A DNA stretch of 64,000 nt from Halobacteriovoraceae bacterium (GTDB taxonomy: Bacteria; Bdellovibrionota; Bacteriovoracia; Bacteriovoracales; Bacteriovoracaceae), in assembly GCA_963719505.1 (NCBI GenBank), contig CAVRCF010000005.1, positions 704,001-768,000 on the forward strand, read 5' to 3'. Below the pieces are notes generated by a model. The model ran no database searches. It was not told the DNA's origin and saw nothing but the letters and a program-made list of their open reading frames with translations. Both the position numbers and the translations under genes were made by a program. This document shows, piece by piece, positions 48,469-56,497 of the stretch (positions within the stretch are counted from its first letter, which is position 1; each line of letters opens with the position of its first letter).

Positions 48469-49359
48469 CTATAAAGAAGATTTTATCTCATTAACAACTT
48501 CTTCGATAGCATTATTACTATGCTCAGACAGTATAAGTGCGCAAATTTTGGTTTTGGAAAAGGAGAAGTTTCCAATATGGAATAGTCTGCCCGCAATAAG
48601 TTCTTCGTTCACGGAAATTTTGGGAACAATAGAGAAACAACTATTCGACTCAGTTGCGGCTAGCATAATATCAATATTATCCGACTCTCCAACAACATTT
48701 GGTACAACCCCACATTCATAGAAGTACTTATCAACCTCTCGTTGAAGATGATTGAGAGGAGTATATTTAAAATATGGCATCCCATCTAAGTCATTTGGAA
48801 CAACAACTACTTTTTTTGAAAAATTCTCTCCACAAACAAAAACATACTCTGGTTTTTTAATATCGACGACTTCAATAGCATCACTTAGCTGGTGCTCGGC
48901 CAAACTTTCAGATAGAACAAAGTCTACTTCCCTTGCGTGCAGTTTATCGATGAGTCTCTCTGTTTCCACTTCAACAATACTGACGCCAATATCAGGCTTT
49001 TCAAAAAGAGGCTTTAGTAGCTTAGATGCGTATGTTCTACTAATTGAAGATGTTATCCCAATTTTGAAGTGAGATTTTGTATTCATTTGTTGTCTATAAG
49101 AAAAGCTTGAAACCATCAATTCTGCTTGAAAGAACATTTTCTTTGCAAAATCGAGAATATATTCACCCTGCTCATTTAACTTGAGGGCCCTACCATTTCT
49201 GTTAAAGAGCTTGTGTCCCATTTGTTTTTCCAATTGCTTTAATTGTTGGGAAAGTGTCGGCTGAGAGACATTGAGAACTTTAGTCGCTTTTGCCAAAGAT
49301 CCTTCAGATGCAATAACGAAAAAGTAATAGAGGTGATTAAAGTTGATGTTATTAAGCAT
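48469..49359 (-). CDS. LysR family regulator (NhaR-like)
   Basis: NFNHLYYF..IASEGS, SQPTLSQQLKQLE, LFNRNGR. Confidence 0.9.
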   Translation of the reverse strand: MLNNINFNHLYYFFVIASEGSLAKATKVLNVSQPTLSQQLKQLEKQMGHKLFNRNGRALKLNEQGEYILDFAKKMFFQAELMVSSFSYRQQMNTKSHFKIGITSSISRTYASKLLKPLFEKPDIGVSIVEVETERLIDKLHAREVDFVLSESLAEHQLSDAIEVVDIKKPEYVFVCGENFSKKVVVVPNDLDGMPYFKYTPLNHLQREVDKYFYECGVVPNVVGESDNIDIMLAATESNSCFSIVPKISVNEELIAGRLFHIGNFSFSKTKICALILSEHSNNAIEEVVNEIKSSL

Positions 49360-49667
49360 TTCTTCCTCCTTAGATAGAAAATACCTATATAGATTAAAAT
49401 GCTTTTAATAATCATTATTCTTGTTTCAAGGTAAAAGCTGTGTAAAAAAAGCTACAAATTTTAATAAATTTGGCAATTAAAGCTGCCAGAGCTGACTTTA
49501 GCGTAACCTCAGAGAAGCTATAGTCATTGCAAAACATACTAACTACAAAAGTCATAAATAGCTGAAATCACTCAAATGCCAAAATTATTAAGAAAATTTA
49601 ACTCTTTGCTTGTCACTAAAATGACGATCTGTACTCTAATATTACTTTAATTTAATTCACCCAAAGG

Positions 49668-51116
49668 TTGAACGTCATGTTGGATAATACTATTGCTTCA
49701 ATTAGTACCTACTCTGATCTTATTATTTTTTTCGCGTATACCAGCATCGTGGCAATTCTCATCTACTATTTTTTTATTAAGCTGCACATGAAGTTGAATT
49801 TATTTTTCATCTCCTTCAGCGGATTTATTCTGGTGAGTGGGTTAAACCATTTAGCCATATTCTTAAATAGCTTCAACGACGTTATTTTCCTCGTTTCGAT
49901 TCTGAAAATATTAAAAGCTTTTACAGCTTTATTGGCAACTGTAACACTATGGCCTTTTGTCAGAGATGCTCTCTACTTAAAAAGTCTCACAGAGAATGAA
50001 AGACAGAAAAGAGACCTCAAGATCTTCAAAGAAGCCTATGAAGATGCATCAATTGGCTTGGCGCTCCTAGATAAACAAGGACAACTGCTGAAAGCCAACA
50101 AAGAGCTCATTAGACTTTTTGGTTATGGTGAGGAATATACTCTTCACAGCAACATATACAAATTTATTAATAAGGTTGAAGCCAAGAAAAACGAAGATCT
50201 GTTTAAAAAGATCTATAAAAGCTCAGATGAGGTCTTTGATTTTAAATTGAAGTTTGTTAAAAATTCTGGCGAGGATTTTTGGGGAAAAGTTCAGCTTAAA
50301 GTGCACAGGAAAGACTCTGGTGAAATCGACTTTATTTCTGTCCAGATTACCGATATAACCAGAGAACTCGAAATTGAAAAAGAGCTTCAACGAGAGAGGG
50401 TAAATGCCGAAAATGATAGAAAGCTCGAGTATCTAAAAAGTATGGCTTCAAGTGTAGCCCACGAAATAAATAATCCTCTAACAATCATCAGTGGAGCGGC
50501 ACAAATCATTGAGATTCTTCTAAAGAAAGAAGATATCGATAAAGAAAAAATAAACCAAGAGATTAAAGATACAACTGAGTCGGTGTTAAGAATATCTAAA
50601 ATTATAAAATCTCTCAAGATGCTCTCTAGTGAGAAAAAAGAGCAACTTGAAAGCATACCTGTCTCCTCTATTTTGGACAATGTCATTGAGCTATGCCAAG
50701 CAAAGTTTGTTTCAAACGGCGTCACATTTGAAGTGACACAAGATGAAGGTATCTTTTTGAAAAAAATTAACTGCAATAAAATGCATATGTCACAAGTTTT
50801 AATTAATATGCTAAACAATTCTTTTGAAGCTCTTGAGAACTTAGATGAAAAATGGATAAATATTAAGGTCTATCAAAAAGAACATTCAATAGTCTTCGAC
50901 ATAGTAGATAGTGGTCATGGTATAAATGAAGAAAATAAAAGCAAAATATATCTTCCATTTTACACGACAAAATCTCAAGGTGAGAATGCTGGTCTTGGTT
51001 TGAGCTACTCAAAGTCAGTCATTCAAAATTACAATGGATCTTTAGAACTAATTGAAGATAAAAATACAACCTTTAGAGTTTCACTTCCCTTTGAAAGTGA
51101 ATTAGAAGTCGCCTAA
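49668..51116 (+). CDS. Sensor kinase with ethylene-receptor-like 3-TM N-terminus, PAS and HisKA/HATPase
   Basis: SDLIIFFAYTSI / FSGFILVSGLNHL; PAS; AHEINNPL, DSGHGI, GLGL. Confidence 0.8.
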   Translation: MNVMLDNTIASISTYSDLIIFFAYTSIVAILIYYFFIKLHMKLNLFFISFSGFILVSGLNHLAIFLNSFNDVIFLVSILKILKAFTALLATVTLWPFVRDALYLKSLTENERQKRDLKIFKEAYEDASIGLALLDKQGQLLKANKELIRLFGYGEEYTLHSNIYKFINKVEAKKNEDLFKKIYKSSDEVFDFKLKFVKNSGEDFWGKVQLKVHRKDSGEIDFISVQITDITRELEIEKELQRERVNAENDRKLEYLKSMASSVAHEINNPLTIISGAAQIIEILLKKEDIDKEKINQEIKDTTESVLRISKIIKSLKMLSSEKKEQLESIPVSSILDNVIELCQAKFVSNGVTFEVTQDEGIFLKKINCNKMHMSQVLINMLNNSFEALENLDEKWINIKVYQKEHSIVFDIVDSGHGINEENKSKIYLPFYTTKSQGENAGLGLSYSKSVIQNYNGSLELIEDKNTTFRVSLPFESELEVA

Positions 51117-51545
51117 AAGTTTTTCGTACTCAGAAACTAAACTGTCTGGATCATCACTTGACTGTTCTTTGGCTTCAAAGTTCTGTGACATTCCTCGAGT
51201 CACTGCACTCAGAAGATTTCCAAAGTGTGGCTTGTCGACAAAATCAAATGCACCATACTTAACGGCTTCTTTAACAAGGTTATCATCTCCATGGGAAGTG
51301 AAGAAAATAAAGGGGACTTCATTTTTTTTCTTTCTCACCTCTTTAACAAAATCAATTCCATTCATAACGGGCATATTGATATCGCTAACAACACAGCTAA
51401 TTCCTGGTTCCAGGGCCATCTTATCCAAAGCCTCTTGCCCATTGATGGCCGTAATAATACTCTCAACTTCCGAAGAAAGAATAGTTACTAGCTTATCCAA
51501 AATTTTAATCTCATCGTCGACGATAAGAAGAGTTTTTACTGACAT
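51102..51545 (-). CDS. Receiver domain protein
   Basis: IVDDE, SDINMP, FFTSHG, VDKP. Confidence 0.9.
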   Translation of the reverse strand: MSVKTLLIVDDEIKILDKLVTILSSEVESIITAINGQEALDKMALEPGISCVVSDINMPVMNGIDFVKEVRKKKNEVPFIFFTSHGDDNLVKEAVKYGAFDFVDKPHFGNLLSAVTRGMSQNFEAKEQSSDDPDSLVSEYEKLLGDF

Positions 51546-51728
51546 AATGGAATTCTCTCACTTAAAATATAAAAGTCACAGATTTTTTTAAGCAAATCTT
51601 ATTCGTTTAGAAAAAAGGGGGAAATCATCTATAAATTTATCAATAAAGGTATCATTTCCCAAAAAATTGATCTTATCGCCTTCACCTCTTATATTCCAAC
51701 GATTATTATTTACTACTTTCTTGATTAT

Positions 51729-52586
51729 ATGAATATTATTGAACCTCAGCAAAGGGTGACACCGATGCTTGTTTTCATAGGAGCTTTGATAGTGGATGGT
51801 GCCCATGTGTATTCAACATTATTCGTCACTTACTTTGATTCAAATATCAAAAGTAAAATTAAACTTCATTTGATCCTGGCCCCTTTGTTGACAATTTTGA
51901 TCTGCTATCTTCTTTATATTTATGAGTTTAAAGCCTTACTTCTTTCTTTAGTAGGAAGCTTTGCTCTTTTTCATTTCATTCGCCAAGAAGCTGGCTGGAT
52001 GAAATTAGCGGGAAGGCTCGACCCGAAGCAGCCGCAAATTCTCAATAAGGTAGATCTCTTTACCTCTTATATCTTTACGATAACTCCCGTTTTATATCTT
52101 ATATCAGAGAGGAATCGTGGCTTTTGGCTCTCCAGAGGAGATCTTCCTATCATCCCAAACCTTTACTGGGACACTGGGAAATACATAATGCTTTTTACCG
52201 GTTTGGTTTGGCTTGGCTTTAATATAAGACACTGGAGAAAAACCAAACTGATTAACGGCTCGAAACTTTTAATCATTCTTAGTAATCTCGCTGCTTGGTT
52301 TTTCGCCCTAACTTATCTTGCTGGATCTTGGCTAGGACTCCTTCTCATAATCCTCCCTCATGGAGTTCCCTACTTCTTTTTGGTCGCAAAGGAGCACAAT
52401 AAAAAATCTCCAAATAAGTTAACAATTTATCCTTTTCTATACCTACTTTGTGTTTTGTTATATTTTTTTGAAACAAGAGTTGGTGGTCTTAAAAATCCAA
52501 TATTGACATCAATTGCGATAATGCCTCAAATAGTTCACTACTATCTGGATGGAATCATTTGGAAGAGATCAATCCAATCTCGCTAA
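51729..52586 (+). CDS. Polytopic membrane protein with four conserved-looking His motifs
   Basis: About 8 TM; DGAHVYST, HFIRQ, HGVPY, HYYLDGIIWK. Confidence 0.75.
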   Translation: MNIIEPQQRVTPMLVFIGALIVDGAHVYSTLFVTYFDSNIKSKIKLHLILAPLLTILICYLLYIYEFKALLLSLVGSFALFHFIRQEAGWMKLAGRLDPKQPQILNKVDLFTSYIFTITPVLYLISERNRGFWLSRGDLPIIPNLYWDTGKYIMLFTGLVWLGFNIRHWRKTKLINGSKLLIILSNLAAWFFALTYLAGSWLGLLLIILPHGVPYFFLVAKEHNKKSPNKLTIYPFLYLLCVLLYFFETRVGGLKNPILTSIAIMPQIVHYYLDGIIWKRSIQSR

Positions 52587-52732
52587 GCAACTGTTTTTAC
52601 TTATAGCCAGAGTAAATTTGGCTAATTTCTTGATTCAATATTGAACAATATGCTACCTTTAAGTATAAACAAAAGTTTAATAAAATATAATCAGCACAAA
52701 ATCCACCCAAGTTTGTGACAGGGTGCTTTAAT

Positions 52733-52819
52733 GTGGATAAATTTAAAGAGTTTTTTGGTGAAATTAAAGTCACAATTCTAGATTTAGATCTTGAGGCACA
52801 AGATGATGCTGGAACATAA
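52733..52819 (+). CDS. Putative precursor peptide A1, 28 aa: MDKFKEFFGEIKVTILDLDLEAQDDAGT
   Basis: GTG start; shares the EFFG-x-I-x-V-xxx-DLD motif with the downstream repeats; weak RBS. Confidence 0.5.
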   Translation: MDKFKEFFGEIKVTILDLDLEAQDDAGT

Positions 52820-52842
52820 TAAAAGTACAATAAGGTAAATGC

Positions 52843-52965
52843 ATGAAAGAGTTAGAAGACTTTTTTGGAACGATTGAAGTCAATCAAGTAGATCTCGATG
52901 AAAACGACTTAGAGATTTTTGCCAATATGGCGGCTGAAGAAACTCTAGAGAAGGCAATTGAGTAA
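52843..52965 (+). CDS. Putative precursor peptide A2, 40 aa: MKELEDFFGTIEVNQVDLDENDLEIFANMAAEETLEKAIE
   Basis: TAAGG RBS 7 nt before ATG; clean ORF; near-identical to A3. Confidence 0.75.
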   Translation: MKELEDFFGTIEVNQVDLDENDLEIFANMAAEETLEKAIE

Positions 52966-52993
52966 AACTGAAAAAATACAATAAGGCAAAACT

Positions 52994-53116
52994 ATGGAAG
53001 AGGTAGAAGATTTTTTTGGAACGATTGAAGTCAATCAAGTAGATCTCGATGAAAACGACTTGGAGATTTTTGCCAATATGGCGGCTGAAGAAACTCTAGA
53101 GAAGGCAATTGAGTAA
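52994..53116 (+). CDS. Putative precursor peptide A3, 40 aa: MEEVEDFFGTIEVNQVDLDENDLEIFANMAAEETLEKAIE
   Basis: TAAGG RBS 7 nt before ATG; differs from A2 by K2E, L4V and two synonymous changes. Confidence 0.75.
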   Translation: MEEVEDFFGTIEVNQVDLDENDLEIFANMAAEETLEKAIE

Positions 53117-53144
53117 AACTGAAAAAATACAATAAGGCAAAACT

Positions 53145-53281
53145 AATGAAGAGTTAGAAGAATTTTTTAGAACATTAGAACAATTGAAGTCAATCAAGTA
53201 GATCTCGATGAAAATGACTTGGAGATTTTTGCCAATATGGCCCTCGAAGAGCCAACAAATAAAGAACTTTCATTTGAGTAA
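53145..53281 (+). pseudogene. Degenerate precursor peptide copy A4 (...TIEVNQVDLDENDLEIFANMALEEPTNKELSFE)
   Basis: Same RBS context but the ATG is out of frame (ATG AAG AGT TAG); 8-bp tandem duplication TTAGAACA; distinct C-terminus. Confidence 0.65.
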
Positions 53282-53296
53282 CCTCGGAGAAAAGAA

Positions 53297-53572
53297 ATGA
53301 ATAAAACATACTCTTTAAATCCAAGTCTTTTCTTCTCATCAAATGATGAAAAGTTAAATATTATTAGTCTAGAAGATAAGAATAACGAAGTTATATCTTT
53401 AACGAAAGTAAATGCTCTTATATTTCCAGATATCGTGGATGGAAAAACCCAAAATGAAATTCTTGAAAAAGTTAAAGCTCTACCCGACTGCCCGGAAGAG
53501 AAGGAAGTTGAAAAATATTTGTCTAATTTTCTCGTAAAATTAGAAGAATTGAACGTTATTGTTCCCAAATAA
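53297..53572 (+). CDS. Stand-alone PqqD-family / RiPP recognition element (RRE)-like protein
   Basis: 91 aa; three short beta-like segments then helices (ISLTKVNALIFPDIVDGKTQNEILEKV...EVEKYLSNFLVKLEELNVI), typical PqqD layout; GGAG RBS. Confidence 0.75.
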   Translation: MNKTYSLNPSLFFSSNDEKLNIISLEDKNNEVISLTKVNALIFPDIVDGKTQNEILEKVKALPDCPEEKEVEKYLSNFLVKLEELNVIVPK

Positions 53573-54782
53573 AATCTTTCAAAAGAAGTTGAATAAATCG
53601 GCTCACTCCATCAATCGAATGTTGATCAGCATCAAGTCCAGAAAAGCGAAAACAACTATTTGCTTCATTGGTATTAGAATCCTCAAAAGCTCCTAAAAGA
53701 CATGAGTCCAGCCCAAAACTCGTGCCCCAAAAAACGGGAAGTTCAGCTTTTGCTTTGAGTTTATTAACTCTTAAGGCAAAATTCTCATCAGTTGATTTTA
53801 TCTTGATGAGCGAAAATAGCTCATGATGGACATTTGTTCTAAACGGCTTATGACCATGCTTAAGCACATTCACCTCTATATCTTTAAGATTTTTTTTGAA
53901 GCGCCCTACTCTTTTTAGGTTGAGATGATGATATTTCTCACTCCAAAAGAATGGAAGTATATTCTCTAAATTTGAAAATCCCCCATAACGTCCAAAATAG
54001 CGGTGAAAGAAATTTTCTGCACTCTTGTCTCTTTTTTCTTTAAAGCGATCAAAGTATTGAAGATTAAAAGCATAAAGACTTCCAAGTTGAGCATACTCCT
54101 CTCCAAAAGAGTCAGTCTTAATAAGACTCTTTATGATAAAAACAGCCGCACCTGAAGACTTAAGTTTTATAAAAACTTCTTTTTCAAGAAGTGAGCCTGT
54201 TAAAAGACAAGTCGCATCGACAACAATAATATCGTACGCTGAAAAATCAAGCGCCTCATAAGTTGAAGTCTCAGAAACACTATAATCAAGTATTAAGCAT
54301 CGATCTCCACCGCTTTGATCTTTCTGTTCTAAAGACTTAATAACTTTATTTGTGTCAAAATAAATGGACGTCACAGGTCTTACAAACTCAATATTAGTAT
54401 CGATTGATGTAACAAAAGTCAGCACGATCGCCATTGCACCTTGAGCGCTAGAGGTGAAAGCGGCAAACTCCTCACCACCGCCAATATCAACCAAAGAGTG
54501 GGGATGAATAAAACGAAACTTATTATCTCCCATAAACCTATACCCTTCCCTTGAATAAGTATAAGAGATGTTCTGACCATAGAAGTTGAGCGGCTTATTC
54601 ATCAGATTCGTTGTTGGAAATTCTATCTTATCGATTGCCTCTTTTCTGATGTGTCTAAAAAGATATTTTTTGGCAACTCTAATGTCTTCTGCACAATGAA
54701 CGGGATGAAGAGATGCCTTTACGCCAGCAAACGTACACAAATAGTCAATTTCCTCTCTTTTAGACTCAATATAGGATGACAC
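53556..54782 (-). CDS. Divergent PLP-dependent fold-type I enzyme (Cys/Met metabolism-like)
   Basis: FTSSAQGAM, VVDATC, KSLIK(TD) candidate Schiff-base Lys, GTSFG; GTG start with GGAG RBS. Confidence 0.55.
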   Translation of the reverse strand: MSSYIESKREEIDYLCTFAGVKASLHPVHCAEDIRVAKKYLFRHIRKEAIDKIEFPTTNLMNKPLNFYGQNISYTYSREGYRFMGDNKFRFIHPHSLVDIGGGEEFAAFTSSAQGAMAIVLTFVTSIDTNIEFVRPVTSIYFDTNKVIKSLEQKDQSGGDRCLILDYSVSETSTYEALDFSAYDIIVVDATCLLTGSLLEKEVFIKLKSSGAAVFIIKSLIKTDSFGEEYAQLGSLYAFNLQYFDRFKEKRDKSAENFFHRYFGRYGGFSNLENILPFFWSEKYHHLNLKRVGRFKKNLKDIEVNVLKHGHKPFRTNVHHELFSLIKIKSTDENFALRVNKLKAKAELPVFWGTSFGLDSCLLGAFEDSNTNEANSCFRFSGLDADQHSIDGVSRFIQLLLKDFIWEQ

Positions 54783-54811
54783 ATATTCTCCGTAGATTTA
54801 AAATATCCTAC

Positions 54812-56497
54812 ATGAATCATAAAACAAAAACTGAACTCTTTGTAGGAATAAATTTGGGTCATCATGATGCAAGCTGTTGTGAACTCGATACAGCTTCTCA
54901 AAGTTTTACTATTTATGAAGAAGAAAGACTCTCAAGAGTTAAAAGTAGAGGGTTTTATCCCTTTTTATCTGTCAACCAACTTCAAAACTCTTCCTTCTCA
55001 AAGCTCGATAACAAACAGGAAGTAAAAGTTTCCTTCTCTAGCTTTATGACTGATATTGAAAAATCTTGGGAACTTTCTCAAAAGAAGAAAGAAGCTTCCT
55101 TTATTCTTCTCAACGAGAATTTTCAACCTAAGAAAATCTCAAAAAGTATAATCCATCATGAAGCTCACCTCTTTTCAGCCCTACCTCTTGTAGATACGAG
55201 CGCTGACTATCTTGTCGTCGTTGCTGACGGCTGTGGCAGTAACCTAGATGATCTAGAACTCCACTCTTTTTTTGATCAAGATACTTCTCAAGCGGAGGGC
55301 TATGAAATGATCTCAGCTTATTCTTGGCGGCAAAGATCACTAGAACAAGTGGATAAAAAGTGTAGCCTTCTGTATTGGAAGAAAAATAAAAAGGACTCCT
55401 TCTATCCAGCTTCATTTTTTACCAGTGCAGCTAAAATCGTCTTTGGAGATTGGAAGCATAGTGGAAAAGTCATGGGTCTTTCCGCTTACCACACCGGTGA
55501 GCTTTATTCTCGAGACGAGCTTTTTGATAAAATGTACAACGCCGAGGTTCCTGAAAAACTTGATCCGACGGCTTTTGATAATTTATCCGACCCCATTCTT
55601 AAAGAAAAACAAAAGATTTGTGCCAGTGTTCAGTACTACTATGAAGAGTTTATGTTCGAATACCTTGAGACTTTACAAAAAAAGACAAAGCTAAAAAATT
55701 TAATCTTAATTGGTGGCTGTGCTCTCAATTGTGTTTTTAATGAAAAGCTCAGAAAGAAAAAAATCTTTGCAAATATTTATGTCCCACCATGGCCAAATGA
55801 CGAAGGGATCTCTTTTGGTTCCACAGTGGCATCCTACTACAATGAAAACGCAAAACTCCCTCTTATTAAAAACACGAAGTCTCCCTTTAGGGGAATGAAT
55901 TTTCAATATAGCGAACGTGATATAATAGAACAGTTTAAGGATTATACAATTGAGCCTTTTAATATTAATACAGTTGTCGAGCTATTTATCAAAGGTGAAG
56001 TTATCGGTTGGTATGAAAATCAAAGTGAATGTGGACCACGGGCCCTTGGTCATCGCTCCATTTATGCTGACCCCTTTAAAGCCGGGATAAAAGACTTTCT
56101 TAATAGTAAGATTAAATTTAGAGAAAACTTTAGACCTTATGGATGCTCCATCTTAGAGGAGGACCAAAGCCTATTCTTTGAAGATCACCAAGGACTCAAC
56201 TCCCCCTTTATGTCATTTGCCCCCATAGTCTTAACTGAGCAAAGACAAAGGCTCAAGGAGGTTATACATAAGGATCAAAGTATACGAATTCAAACTGTCG
56301 ATGACACGTTTGACGGTTTAAAAAAGTTCTTAGAAAAAATTAAAGAAAAAAGAGGAAATTCTCTCATTATTCATACAAGCATGAATATTAATAAGATGCC
56401 CATTGTAAATTCCATTCATGATGCAAAGGAATTCTTTGCTAAAAGTAATATCAAATACATGGTCTTTAATGACTACTTAATCTCAAAGCCTGTATAA
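54812..56497 (+). CDS. Carbamoyltransferase, NodU/CmcH/TobZ family
   Basis: HHDAS, EEERLSRVK, HHEAH, DGCG, GKVMGLSAY, GGCALNC, ECGPRALGHRS, KFRENFRPYG, TSMN; ATG 54812 preferred over 54776. Confidence 0.93.
   Translation: MNHKTKTELFVGINLGHHDASCCELDTASQSFTIYEEERLSRVKSRGFYPFLSVNQLQNSSFSKLDNKQEVKVSFSSFMTDIEKSWELSQKKKEASFILLNENFQPKKISKSIIHHEAHLFSALPLVDTSADYLVVVADGCGSNLDDLELHSFFDQDTSQAEGYEMISAYSWRQRSLEQVDKKCSLLYWKKNKKDSFYPASFFTSAAKIVFGDWKHSGKVMGLSAYHTGELYSRDELFDKMYNAEVPEKLDPTAFDNLSDPILKEKQKICASVQYYYEEFMFEYLETLQKKTKLKNLILIGGCALNCVFNEKLRKKKIFANIYVPPWPNDEGISFGSTVASYYNENAKLPLIKNTKSPFRGMNFQYSERDIIEQFKDYTIEPFNINTVVELFIKGEVIGWYENQSECGPRALGHRSIYADPFKAGIKDFLNSKIKFRENFRPYGCSILEEDQSLFFEDHQGLNSPFMSFAPIVLTEQRQRLKEVIHKDQSIRIQTVDDTFDGLKKFLEKIKEKRGNSLIIHTSMNINKMPIVNSIHDAKEFFAKSNIKYMVFNDYLISKPV

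Larger units (their letters stand above)
52826..53241 (+). repeat. Tandem direct repeat, about 151-bp period, about 2.7 copies
   Basis: Unit = TACAATAAGG/RBS + peptide ORF + spacer; ATGs at 52843 and 52994 are 151 nt apart. Confidence 0.92.

Noticed and set aside
52826-53241. Repeat array as a CRISPR array
   Set aside because: The unit is ~151 bp of near-identical sequence with no unique spacers, no cas genes are present, and each unit is an RBS + ORF.
53194-53568. 124-aa minus-strand ORF (and 52597..52830 minus)
   Set aside because: Antisense shadows of the RRE gene and peptide A1 region; no RBS or recognisable motif.
53297-53572. PQQ biosynthesis or lasso peptide locus
   Set aside because: No PqqB/C/E, the peptides lack the ExxxY motif (no Tyr), and no asparagine-synthetase-like cyclase or transglutaminase-like peptidase is nearby.
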